In this document: piece after piece, positions 29,383 to 39,036 of the stretch
Numbering within the stretch: the first letter of the stretch is position 1
Layout: each line of letters opens with the position of its first letter
Assembly (NCBI GenBank): GCA_965226795.1
Contig: CBDDDZ010000005.1
Coordinates: forward strand, 128,001-192,000
Source of the DNA: Candidatus Latescibacterota bacterium
GTDB taxonomy: Bacteria; Latescibacterota; UBA2968; GCA-2709665
Length of the DNA: 64,000 nt
Reading direction: 5' to 3'
Position numbers and translations under genes: made by a program
The notes under the pieces: generated by a model
Seen by the model: only the letters and a program-made list of their open reading frames with translations
The model's database searches: none
Told to the model about the DNA's origin: nothing

Positions 29383-31017
29383 ATGCAGTCCATTTCAGAG
29401 TTTTTGAGCGGCAAGACGCTGTTTGTAACCGGCGCGACGGGGTTTCTGGCGAAGGGATTCGTGGAGAAGATCCTGTTTTCCGCGCCGGAGGTGGCGCGGA
29501 TCTTTCTCCTGATCCGGCCGCGTTCACGATCCAGCGGCCAACGGGTTTCCGAAGCGGAGCGGCTGGAGTCGGAGGTTCTTCAGTCGCGCGCGTTTGCAAG
29601 GCTGAGGCAGAGATGGGGCGCGGCATTTCCGTCGGTGATGGCGGATAAGGTCGCCGCGGTGCCCGGCGATCTGACCGAAGATGGACTGGGGATAGCGTCC
29701 GATCAGCATGAGCGTCTGGTTCACGAAGTGGATTTCGTGGTGAACTTCGCCGGAACCGTGGTTTTCGATGAGCCCATCGACAGTGCGCTCGAACAGAATA
29801 CGATGGGCGCCGCGAGGGTCATGGCCTTCGCGAAGGCCTGCCGGAAAGCCGCGCTGGTTCACGTGTCGACCGCGTACGTCAGCGGGCAACGGACCGGCCG
29901 GATCCCGGAGGCACCGTTTCCCCAGGATCGGAGCGCTTCGGATCTCATCAACGGAAGCCAGGCCGGGTTCGAACTGCAGGGCGAGATCGATGCGATTCGG
30001 GCGTTCACCGAGGAGGTCGAGGCGGCGTCAAAAAAGCCCGATCTGGAGGCGGCATTCCTGAAGCAACTCAGGCGCCAGGACCGTGGCAAACGTGTGACCG
30101 ACTACAGGAAAGCGCATCAGGTCGAAGCGCTTCGGCAGCGCTGGATTCTGAAGCAACTGGTGGACGAGGGGATGCGGCGGGCGAGGCGCCTGGGCTGGAA
30201 CGACAGCTACACGCTCACCAAGGCGATGGGCGAGCAGTTGATCGTGAAGTCGAGGGGAGACCTTCCAACGGCCATCGTCCGTCCGGCCATCGTAGAGAGC
30301 AGCCTCGAGGACCCGGAGCCGGGCTGGGTGGAGGATTTGAAAGTCGCCGACCCGCTGATCGTCCACTACGGTAAAGGTCGTCTGTCGAGTTTCCCCATCG
30401 ATCCGGAGATCGTGCTGGACATTATACCTGTCGACCTGTTGATCAACGCCGTCGCGGCGGTGCTTCCACAGGTTCACGGGTCGCGGGAGATGAAGGTTTA
30501 CCAGGTGGCGTCGGGTTCACAGAATCCGATGCGGGCGAGTGAGATGGTCGAACTGATTTACGGCTACTTCAAGACCTCGCCCATGCACGACCGGAACGGG
30601 CGGCCCATTGAAGTCCGGCCCTGGCGGTTCATCAGCAGGCGGCGGTTCTGCTGGCTGGTTGCATTGAAATACAAGCTTCCGCTGAGCCTGTTGAAGGTGG
30701 CCATTGATTATCTGCCCGCCCGCTGGGTTTCCCGTTACAGGCGACGGGTTTCCGCAATGGAGGCAATGCTGGTCAGGCTCGAGTCCCTCGTCGATATATA
30801 TTGCGGGTACACCCATCTGGACTGCGAGTTCGAAACGGAGAATACGCGCCGGCTGTTCCAGGCGCTGAATCCGGAAGACCGGAAGGTGTTTAACTTCGAC
30901 GTGACGCGCATCGACTGGCGGGAGTATATCCAGGAGATCCACATTCCGGGATTGAAATACCATGTATTGAAAGAGGGGGTTGGGGCGGTTTCCGTGTTGA
31001 CCGCCGAGGCCGATTGA
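29383..31017 (+). CDS. alcohol-forming fatty acyl-CoA/ACP reductase (FAR)
   Basis: TGATGFLAK, HVSTAYV, YTLTK, IVRPAIV..EPGW, DIIPVD, C-terminal FDVTRIDW..YIQEIHIPGL (Sterile domain). Confidence 0.92.
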   Translation: MQSISEFLSGKTLFVTGATGFLAKGFVEKILFSAPEVARIFLLIRPRSRSSGQRVSEAERLESEVLQSRAFARLRQRWGAAFPSVMADKVAAVPGDLTEDGLGIASDQHERLVHEVDFVVNFAGTVVFDEPIDSALEQNTMGAARVMAFAKACRKAALVHVSTAYVSGQRTGRIPEAPFPQDRSASDLINGSQAGFELQGEIDAIRAFTEEVEAASKKPDLEAAFLKQLRRQDRGKRVTDYRKAHQVEALRQRWILKQLVDEGMRRARRLGWNDSYTLTKAMGEQLIVKSRGDLPTAIVRPAIVESSLEDPEPGWVEDLKVADPLIVHYGKGRLSSFPIDPEIVLDIIPVDLLINAVAAVLPQVHGSREMKVYQVASGSQNPMRASEMVELIYGYFKTSPMHDRNGRPIEVRPWRFISRRRFCWLVALKYKLPLSLLKVAIDYLPARWVSRYRRRVSAMEAMLVRLESLVDIYCGYTHLDCEFETENTRRLFQALNPEDRKVFNFDVTRIDWREYIQEIHIPGLKYHVLKEGVGAVSVLTAEAD

Positions 31018-31143
31018 CCGGCTTGTGGGGGTTCGAGGTTCAAGACCGTCAACGGTCGATGATTCCGGCGACGGGGATTCCACCGGGCGAATCGAAACCA
31101 TACGCAGGCGGGCGTTCGGCTCTTTTTGTGGGACTGAGGACAA

Positions 31144-33084
31144 ATGGATCGGAATCAATCAGTTCCCGTTCACCGCATGTTGCTGAAGGATCCTGCCAGG
31201 CTGGTAGCCGCTTACGATCAGGCCGCAGCCGAGTTGATTGCCGCGGTTCGGCCCGAAGGTTATTTCGAGGGGTGGGCGACCGAGGATCTGACGTGGCCCG
31301 AGGGTGCCGCCGCCGAGATCGGCCTCGAAGGCCTGCGCAAAAGGGCGCGGATCGTGGACGCGATTTATCGCGGCGTTCCGGCGTTGCGGGACAGGCGTCT
31401 GAAGGAAGCCCACGACCATTTCGATGAACTGACGTCCGCGTATCACGAAGGCAGCCGGATCTATCTGCGCCTGCGGGATCAGTTTGTTGGCAGCGGCGCC
31501 GGTACGGCGCGCGATTTTCTGAAACGTTACCAGTCTCTCTACGTGGAGGCGCTTGCCAAAGGGGATGATTTCTCCCCCGACCCGGCCGAAACGTCCCTTG
31601 CCCAGGCCCGGATCTCCCGGGTGCCGCTCTCACACGCCAGGGCCGTGGCGGAAGCGCTTTCCCGCGTGGCGATGGAAGACGATCCGCAATGGGAGGCCGA
31701 ATACGTCTGCACGGTGGATGGCACGACCTGGAAGGGATCGCTGCGGGAACTGCTGGAAGACGTGGCGCAGAGGACGTTGCACTACATCGCCGCCGGAGAG
31801 CTTCTCGCCACGCGCTACAATACGTACAATAACCTGGGATGGTTCGGCAGTTCGGTGTGGAACGTAGTCGCGGAAGCCGACGTCATGCTGTGTCGGATCG
31901 AGGGTTTGGATCCCGAGCGCTCGGCGGCCCTGAAGGCAGACCTGGACCTGGGTCGGAGTATGCTTGTGGAGTTCCTGGCGGCGCACCGGGAGGATCCCTC
32001 ACGGCTCAGGCCGGAGAACTACTGGTACGGGCAGCCGTACAGTTATCTGACGCGGGATATGTTCGACCTGAGCGCCCGGATTGTGGATGGCGTGAATTCG
32101 GAGGTACGGGTCCGGAACGGGTTGGCAGAAATGGCGCTTCCCCCTCTGCTGGCCGGTTCCCAGACGGGTCGGTTTCTGGACTACGCTCATGTGGGAAAAA
32201 CGGAGGAACTGACGTCCTTCCAGCGCAAACTCCGGATGTTGCGGTGGGCGAGGCACTGCTGGCGGGTGGGGAAACGTCGGCGGCGTATCGCGGAGGCGGA
32301 TCTTGCGCCGTCACTCAGGCACGAGCGCGCGTGGGAGGTCTGGCTGGATTGGTCCCGGGACACGATGAATGCGTTCGGCATCCGGCTGGAAGTGACGATA
32401 GCCCCGATGTTTCGCACACTTGTCCGGGAAATGGACCTTTCCGGTGGGGGTCAGAAGATTCTGTTCCTGCCCTCGCACCAGAGCATGCTGGAGCATTTCG
32501 TTGTGTTTTCGGTGTTCAACGATCCGGTGTTTCTGGATGCCATGGGATGGGATCGTTCCCGCCCTGTGGTGCAGCTGGCCCGCACGGGTCTGGCGAAGTC
32601 GACGTCGGTGAAGATCGGATCCCTCGAGATCAGTATCTTCGGTATGTCTCCGGACAAATTCGACAGGATGTTCGAGTCCGTCGACGGCTTCATCACCCGA
32701 GACAGTGTGGATATCTCATCCCATACGATACCGCGCATCCTGAAGGAAATGGAACACCGCCCGGGTCTGATTTATCCGATGGGCACAACGGCTTCGTTCG
32801 ACGTGCAGTTGTTTCCGCTGCAACACGCTCTGTTTGCGAAACTGCCCCAGGACGTCGTGATGATTCCCATCGCCTTTCGAGGCAGCCATGCGCTCTGGCC
32901 AAAGTGTCCTGCACGCAATCTGAATATCAATCCGGGTGTGGTCGAGGCGGTGATTTTACCACCCATGCCGGGCGAGACCACGTTGCTGCCGCGCCGCCGG
33001 TCCCTGCGGATCCAGCTTGAGGCCGCCAATCTGCTTCAGGCGGTACATATTTCGAATCTGCTGAATCCGGAACCCTCTCAATAA
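31144..33084 (+). CDS. unknown N-terminal domain + atypical PlsC/GPAT-superfamily acyltransferase
   Basis: LFLPSHQSMLE (motif I, Hx4E), GLIYPMGT (motif III-like), MIPIAFRG (motif IV). Confidence 0.7.
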   Translation: MDRNQSVPVHRMLLKDPARLVAAYDQAAAELIAAVRPEGYFEGWATEDLTWPEGAAAEIGLEGLRKRARIVDAIYRGVPALRDRRLKEAHDHFDELTSAYHEGSRIYLRLRDQFVGSGAGTARDFLKRYQSLYVEALAKGDDFSPDPAETSLAQARISRVPLSHARAVAEALSRVAMEDDPQWEAEYVCTVDGTTWKGSLRELLEDVAQRTLHYIAAGELLATRYNTYNNLGWFGSSVWNVVAEADVMLCRIEGLDPERSAALKADLDLGRSMLVEFLAAHREDPSRLRPENYWYGQPYSYLTRDMFDLSARIVDGVNSEVRVRNGLAEMALPPLLAGSQTGRFLDYAHVGKTEELTSFQRKLRMLRWARHCWRVGKRRRRIAEADLAPSLRHERAWEVWLDWSRDTMNAFGIRLEVTIAPMFRTLVREMDLSGGGQKILFLPSHQSMLEHFVVFSVFNDPVFLDAMGWDRSRPVVQLARTGLAKSTSVKIGSLEISIFGMSPDKFDRMFESVDGFITRDSVDISSHTIPRILKEMEHRPGLIYPMGTTASFDVQLFPLQHALFAKLPQDVVMIPIAFRGSHALWPKCPARNLNINPGVVEAVILPPMPGETTLLPRRRSLRIQLEAANLLQAVHISNLLNPEPSQ

Positions 33085-33174
33085 GGATCCGGGCAGGTAC
33101 GTCCGGTGTCATCTTACGGGATTGTCCGGTCGCATTGGCCGGGCCCGGACGGTTGTGGTTATGGGGAGCACGTT

Positions 33175-35034
33175 ATGACTGAGTGGGAAATAACAGCGGT
33201 TGCCGTAGCGGTTGCCGTAGCGGTTATTCTGGCGGTTGCGCTTCTGTCGAAACGGAGGCGTTCAGGAAGCGAACCGGACGCTTTTTTCGATCATTCGGAA
33301 GGGGAACGATTCCCCCACAAGTGGGGATATACGGATACGCGGTTCGAGTTCGTAGACGACCGGACGGTGAGGGTAAGCGGGAGCCGGTACCCGATTTCGG
33401 GGTACGAGATGCCGTTTCTGGTCGCCTTTGTGGAGGACGTGCTGGGCATTGCGATCCGGAGGGAAGACTCGTACGCAGAACGTGAGGATATCGGAGCGCC
33501 CGAGCCGAATGTGGAAGCAGCTTTCGGGAACGCGGTGAAAGAACGGTTCAGAGACGCGCAGGTTTCGTTCGATCCAAAAGTCAGGCTGGTACACAGCCAC
33601 GGACAGCTGAGTGTTGAAGAAGTGTATCGGGTGATGTATGGAGATTCAGTTCCGCGGCTGGTCGATCTGGTGTTCTACCCGGAGGAAGAAGCCGACGTCA
33701 AGGCCATGATCGAACTGGCCAACGAGCACAACGTCTGCCTGGTGCCCTATGGCGGGGGGACCAATGTGAGCGGGGCGCTGGCGTGTCCGACAGAAGAACG
33801 GCGAACGATCGTGTCCGTGGATATGCGACGGATGAAACGGGTGCAGTGGATTGACGAGGCCAATCTGCAGGCTTGCGTCGAGGCGGGTATTTCGGGAAAA
33901 GGCCTGGAGCAGGTGCTGGGAGAGAGGGGTTATACGTCGGGCCACGACCCGGATAGCGTGGAACTGTCCACGATGGGCGGGTGGATTTCGACAAACGCGA
34001 GCGGGATGAAGAAGAACCGATACGGCAATATCGAAGACATCGTGCTCGAGGCAACGCTGGTGACGCCTACAGGGGAAATCGCGACCCGCCGGGTGACGCC
34101 CAGAAACTCGACGGGCGTTCAGCCGAGGGGATTGTTGTTCGGCAGCGAGGGCAATTTCGGCATAATCACGACGGCCGTGATCAAGATTCATCCGATCCCC
34201 GAGGCGCGCAAGTACGGCGCCCTTGTCTTTCCGGCCTTCGAGAAGGGCGTTGCATATCTGAAGGCGCTTCGGCAGACAGGCATGTTGCCCGCGAGCATCC
34301 GCCTGGTCAACAACAACGAATTCCGTTTCGGTCAGGCCCTGAAACCGGAGCCGACGTCCTTGAAAGGGGTCAAGGAACGGATTCAGAAGTTCGTTCTGTT
34401 GAAGGTCCTGGGTTTCGATCCGATGAAGATGGCGGCGTGTACCATCGTGATGGAGGGCACGCACGCCGAAGTGCGCCAGCAGGAACGCACGATCTTCAGC
34501 CTGGCAAAAGAATACGGCGCCAGGAGCGCGGGCGCGAGCAACGGCAGGAGAGGATACTCACTGACCTTCGGCATCGCCTATATTCGGGACTTCCTGAATC
34601 AGTACGGCATTCTGGGCGAAACCTTCGAGACGTCGGTTCCCTGGGATCGGATCCACCAGGTATGCGATGCGGTATCGGAGGAACTGGTGACGCAGGCGGC
34701 CAGACACGAGGTGCCGGGTAAACCCTACCTCTCTTACAGGGTGACGCAGACCTATCATACCGGCGTCTGCATCTATTTTACGATGGGTATTTGCGGCAAG
34801 GGCATGGAACAGCCCGGCCGGACGTTTCACGCGATCGAACACCATCTGCGCCAGGTGATTCTGGACAACGGCGGGTCGTTGTCGCACCACCACGGCGTCG
34901 GCAAGGTCAGGCGGGAATTTCTGACCCAGATCCAGACCGATACCAGCATCCAGGTCATGCGCCAGGCGAAGAACGCGATGGATCCGAAAAACATCTTCGG
35001 GATCGGGAATGGCGTTTTTGGGGGAACGGACTGA
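33175..35034 (+). CDS. alkyl-dihydroxyacetone phosphate synthase (AGPS-like)
   Basis: PYGGGTNV, GHDPDS.E.ST.GGWISTNASGMKKNRYGNIED, GSEG, RVTQTY, GGSLSHHHGVGK. Confidence 0.92.
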   Translation: MTEWEITAVAVAVAVAVILAVALLSKRRRSGSEPDAFFDHSEGERFPHKWGYTDTRFEFVDDRTVRVSGSRYPISGYEMPFLVAFVEDVLGIAIRREDSYAEREDIGAPEPNVEAAFGNAVKERFRDAQVSFDPKVRLVHSHGQLSVEEVYRVMYGDSVPRLVDLVFYPEEEADVKAMIELANEHNVCLVPYGGGTNVSGALACPTEERRTIVSVDMRRMKRVQWIDEANLQACVEAGISGKGLEQVLGERGYTSGHDPDSVELSTMGGWISTNASGMKKNRYGNIEDIVLEATLVTPTGEIATRRVTPRNSTGVQPRGLLFGSEGNFGIITTAVIKIHPIPEARKYGALVFPAFEKGVAYLKALRQTGMLPASIRLVNNNEFRFGQALKPEPTSLKGVKERIQKFVLLKVLGFDPMKMAACTIVMEGTHAEVRQQERTIFSLAKEYGARSAGASNGRRGYSLTFGIAYIRDFLNQYGILGETFETSVPWDRIHQVCDAVSEELVTQAARHEVPGKPYLSYRVTQTYHTGVCIYFTMGICGKGMEQPGRTFHAIEHHLRQVILDNGGSLSHHHGVGKVRREFLTQIQTDTSIQVMRQAKNAMDPKNIFGIGNGVFGGTD

Positions 35035-35108
35035 GACATAAAGAATGAATGGTCTCGCTATGGGGCCGCGTGATGTTTCTCCTAAATATCTTATTATTAA
35101 TTTTTTAC

Positions 35109-35281
35109 GCCCTTTTTCTTTCTCGCCAAAGAAAAAGGGCCAAAAAGAACGGCGCCGCTCGGCACGGAGCCGGTTTTTCCACGAATCTCGTCATCGGCGA
35201 ATACTCACGGTTGTTCCCTGCGTACGCACCCGGACCCATGGCGCTTCGGCGCTGAACGGAATAGCGTGGAAAAACCCACCT
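35109..35281 (-). repeat. structured intergenic repeat, copy 3 of 4 (reverse orientation)
   Basis: reverse complement reads ttttccacgc...cgtggaaaaa...gccgttctttttggccctttttctttggcgagaaagaaaaagggc. Confidence 0.8.
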
Positions 35282-35658
35282 CTCCACCTCCGGGCGCGTG
35301 ACGGACATATTCGGTGAGTGGGCGCCAGAAATGCGCCTGTCGCCAAATGTGCAGTTCAACGGCTCATGCGATGGCCCGCATGACGTCCTTTTACGCCGCG
35401 TTTTAGTTCGTAGGGGCAACCCTTTTGGTCGCGTCAAAAGGAACCCGCCGGAGGCAGGGAATTTAGGGGGAAGAGTTTTTTGATTTTGGTTTGCGCCTTT
35501 GGCTGACCACTGCCTGCTGTTCGCTGCACGCTATTTGCTAACTACTGATTTTTCCTTTTGTGTCTTCGTGCCTTTGTGTGAGAGATGAGTGCGAGGGCGC
35601 CAGAAGGGCTGGCTGATTGCTGTTTTTACTGACTGCTGTTTGAAGGATGGTTTTTTTT

Positions 35659-36465
35659 ATGTTCAACGGAAAGATCGTCGCGATAACCGGGGCGTCATCC
35701 GGCCTGGGCGCCACGCTGGCGCTGGCATTCGCGGAGGAGGGAGCGGACCTTGCGCTGTTCGCCCTAGACGAGGGTGTGCGGGAGACGGCGGAAGCGTGCC
35801 GTGAGCGGGGCAGCCGCGTGATTACGGCCACCGGCGACGTTGGAAAACCCGGTGACTGCCAGGGTTGGATCGACGCGGCGGTTTCCGAGTTCGGGGCCGT
35901 AGACTACCTGGTAGCCTGCGCCGGGATCAGCATGTGGGCGCGGTTTGAAGAGGTGGAGGATCTGGAAATTTTTCGCAAGTTGATGGAAACGAACTATCTG
36001 GGTGTCGTGCATTGCGTGTATTACGCGCTGCCCCACCTGAAAGCCCGCGACGGGATGGTTGTGGCGATTTCATCTATCCAGGGCAAGATCGGTGTGCCCA
36101 TGCACACCGGATACGTGGCGTCCAAGCACGCCGTCCAGGGATTCTTCGAGTCGTTGCGAACGGAGTTGCTCGACACCGGCGTGGACGTGCTGACGGTGTT
36201 GCCCCACTGGCTGCGCGGGACTAACTTACGCAAGGCGGCCTTCGGGAAGGATGGCGGCTCCCTGGGCGGGTCAAGCCGAAAGCACAGCAAGGAGTCGATA
36301 TCGCTGGACGACGCATGCACGGCCATCATCGAAGCCATGAGAAAGAGGAAGCGGGAACTGATTATTCCGTTCAAGCTCAGATTTCTGCCCTGGCTGCATC
36401 TGATCAATCCGAAGATTGTCGAATACCTGGTAACGCGTGGCGTGGCGAAGCAGGATAAGGGTTGA
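35659..36465 (+). CDS. SDR oxidoreductase, DHRS7B-like (candidate acyl/alkyl-DHAP reductase)
   Basis: ITGASSGLG, TNYLG, ISSIQGKIG..HTGYVASKHAVQGFFESLRTEL. Confidence 0.85.
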   Translation: MFNGKIVAITGASSGLGATLALAFAEEGADLALFALDEGVRETAEACRERGSRVITATGDVGKPGDCQGWIDAAVSEFGAVDYLVACAGISMWARFEEVEDLEIFRKLMETNYLGVVHCVYYALPHLKARDGMVVAISSIQGKIGVPMHTGYVASKHAVQGFFESLRTELLDTGVDVLTVLPHWLRGTNLRKAAFGKDGGSLGGSSRKHSKESISLDDACTAIIEAMRKRKRELIIPFKLRFLPWLHLINPKIVEYLVTRGVAKQDKG

Positions 36466-36513
36466 TGGCGGTTCGGGCCGGCGCGGGTTACGGGCGGAAG
36501 CACGGGACGGGGT

Positions 36514-37203
36514 TCAGGAAAATAGCCCGTCCACGTCCAGGTGCCGTTCAACCAGTTCGGGCATGTGTCCGATACTTCCTGCATCCACGTTCACGCCTGA
36601 ATCATACGGCAGGATGCCCAGGGAGCGGACCCCGGTGAGGCGGGCGATTACGTCCGGGCTGGTGCGGGCGGCCCTCGGGTCGCCGGGTCCGGTCGTGTTG
36701 TACACGACACCCTTGATTTCCAGGTTTCGCCTTGTTGCGGCCTCGAGCGTCAGCATTGTGTGATTGATCGTGCCCAGTGCGGCACGGGCGACCACCATCA
36801 GTGGCAGGTTCAGACGGGCGGCGAGGTCCGAGACCAGGAAGTCGTCCCGGATCGGAACCAGCAGGCCGCCCACGCCCTCCACGAGTACGATATCGTGAAG
36901 GCTTGCCAGGCGGCTATAGGAATCCAGGATGGGTTCCAGTGGGACCTGGCGGCCTTCCAGTTCAGCGGCCACGTTGGGCGAGAGCGGCGCGGCAAGGCGG
37001 ACGGGATTGACAAGTTCGAGAGCATCGGTAACTCCCGCGGCTTTTGCCAGGAATCGCGCGTCGGCCGTGCCGCCCGCAGAAACGGGTTTGAATACACCGA
37101 CGTCAACGCCGCGTTTGAGTAAAACGGCCGCGAGGCCGGCGGTCACGGCGGTTTTGCCCGCGCCGGTGTCGGTGGCGGTAACGAAGACTCCCCTGGGGCG
37201 CAT
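36514..37203 (-). CDS. bioD: dethiobiotin synthetase
   Basis: TDTGAGKT, FKPV, VEGVGG, LGTINHT. Confidence 0.95.
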   Translation of the reverse strand: MRPRGVFVTATDTGAGKTAVTAGLAAVLLKRGVDVGVFKPVSAGGTADARFLAKAAGVTDALELVNPVRLAAPLSPNVAAELEGRQVPLEPILDSYSRLASLHDIVLVEGVGGLLVPIRDDFLVSDLAARLNLPLMVVARAALGTINHTMLTLEAATRRNLEIKGVVYNTTGPGDPRAARTSPDVIARLTGVRSLGILPYDSGVNVDAGSIGHMPELVERHLDVDGLFS

Positions 37204-37339
37204 GTTCAAGTCGTCGCGGAATCGGGGCCGAATTCACACATGAGTGTCGCGATTCTCCAGTCAGGCCGCCGTCAGGCGGCTTTTCATCAGGCGTTTCCAC
37301 GCGGGCGCCCGGCTGTGCCGACAGCGGCGCGGGCCGGGG

Positions 37340-38707
37340 TCAGGCCGGGCACGTGACGGCGCGGATGGATTCGTAGACGATATTCAGCAACGCTTCGAGA
37401 TCGCGGTCGGAAATGGCCAGGGGCGGCATGAGGACGATGGTGTCGCCCAGCGGGCGGATGAGAAGACCCCGTTTTCGGGCCTCGCGGCAGACGCGGACGC
37501 CGATCCTGTCCGTGGCGGGATACGGTTTGCCGCAGGATCTGTCGGCAACCAGTTCGATGCCGGCGATGAAGCCGCACTGGCGCACGTCGCCCGTGTGGGC
37601 GAGTTTCCCGAACCGGTCGAGTCCGCGCTCGAGGAGTGCGATTCTGGTGCGCAGAGACGCCAGTACCCTGTGGCTTTCGAAGCGCTCGATGGCGGCCAGT
37701 GCCGCCGCGCAGCCGAGCGGGTTTCCTGTATACGTGTGGCCGTGGAAAAACGTCCGGCCTTCGCTGTCTTCGCCCAGAAAGGCATCAAAGATCTCACTGG
37801 TTGTCAGGGTGGCGGCCACGGGCAGGTATCCGCCCGTGATGCCCTTGCCCAGGCAGAGTATGTCCGGCGCGACGTCTTCTATCTCGCAGGCGAACATGGC
37901 GCCCGTGCGGCCGAAGCCGGTGGCGATTTCATCGGCAATGAGTAGGACGTCGTGCGCCCTGCAGAGGTCGGCGATCCCCTTGAGATAGCCATCCGGATGA
38001 ACCAGCATCCCGCCCGCGCCCTGGATGAGCGGTTCGACAATGAAGGCGGCGATGCGGTGGGCATCCCGTTTCAGGATATCTTCGACCGCCCGCAAACAAT
38101 CCTGGTTGCACGCGTTTTCGCGGGCGCAGAACGTACAGCGATACGGGTGCGGCGCCGGCGCGTTAAGCGAGGGGAAGAGGAGCGGCCCGTAGGTTTTGTG
38201 AAAGAGATCGATGTTGCCGACGCTCATGGCGCCGATGGTGTCGCCGTGGTAGCTCTGCGAGAGGCTGAGAAAGGTCGTTTTCCCGGGTTTCGGACCCGGT
38301 CGCTGTCGCCAGTATTGGAAGGCGATTTTAAGGGCGATTTCGACGGCGCAGGCGCCGGTGTCGGAGTAGAACACATGGTTCAGACCCGGGGGCGTGATTT
38401 CCACGAGTTTTTCAGCCAGACGGATTGCGGGTACGTTGGACAGACCCAGTAGCGTGCTGTGTGCGACCTGGTCCAGTTGTCCGCGTATGGCGTCGTCGAT
38501 GTCCCCCACGCGGTGACCGTGCACGTTGCACCACATGGAGGAGTAGCCGTCGAGGTACCGGTTACCGTCGATGTCCTCCAGGTAGACGCCGTCCGCGCGC
38601 GCGATGACAATGGGGTCCTCGCGCGCGTATGTGCGCATCTGGGTGAACGGGTGCCACACCAGGCGACGGTCCAGGTCTTTGAGGCGGGCCTTGTCGTCCG
38701 GGGACAT
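37340..38707 (-). CDS. bioA: adenosylmethionine-8-amino-7-oxononanoate aminotransferase
   Basis: WHPFTQM, YHGDT, DEIATGFGRTG, GKGITGGY, HGHTYTGN. Confidence 0.95.
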   Translation of the reverse strand: MSPDDKARLKDLDRRLVWHPFTQMRTYAREDPIVIARADGVYLEDIDGNRYLDGYSSMWCNVHGHRVGDIDDAIRGQLDQVAHSTLLGLSNVPAIRLAEKLVEITPPGLNHVFYSDTGACAVEIALKIAFQYWRQRPGPKPGKTTFLSLSQSYHGDTIGAMSVGNIDLFHKTYGPLLFPSLNAPAPHPYRCTFCARENACNQDCLRAVEDILKRDAHRIAAFIVEPLIQGAGGMLVHPDGYLKGIADLCRAHDVLLIADEIATGFGRTGAMFACEIEDVAPDILCLGKGITGGYLPVAATLTTSEIFDAFLGEDSEGRTFFHGHTYTGNPLGCAAALAAIERFESHRVLASLRTRIALLERGLDRFGKLAHTGDVRQCGFIAGIELVADRSCGKPYPATDRIGVRVCREARKRGLLIRPLGDTIVLMPPLAISDRDLEALLNIVYESIRAVTCPA

Positions 38708-38762
38708 ATTCACTGTGAACCGGGCATGGGAGACAGGTGACAGAGATTTAACGCGGATACTC

Positions 38763-38900
38763 CTGGTGTTCTGTCCCGGAAATAGACCGCCTCAATTCGG
38801 CCGACGAGCGAAGGCACTTCGACAGGCTCAGTGTAAACAACGCAAAGAGACGGGATGAATCGTTGGAAGAATGGTGACATATTTCCGGGTCGGGACACTA
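38763..38900. mobile_element. MITE-like element with imperfect TIRs and a nested REP fragment
   Basis: left tggtgttctgtcccggaaata, right tatttccgggtcgggacacta; homologous to 55957-56071. Confidence 0.7.
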
Positions 38901-39036
38901 CGGTCGTCCGGGACTGCCGGCGTCGGTTTACCACCACGCCCATCTCGATGGCGGCAGGCGCCGCGGACCTGCACCGATGGGTCCCGTGGCACGGCGCCGG
39001 TGTCTTCCGCCGGGCCGGATTCCACCGGGTCCTGGG

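Noticed and set aside
33175..35034. D-lactate/glycolate dehydrogenase (GlcD) call
   Set aside because: Has AGPS-specific HHHGVG and MKKNxYGNIED motifs rather than the GEHGxG motif of GlcD; FAR neighbour
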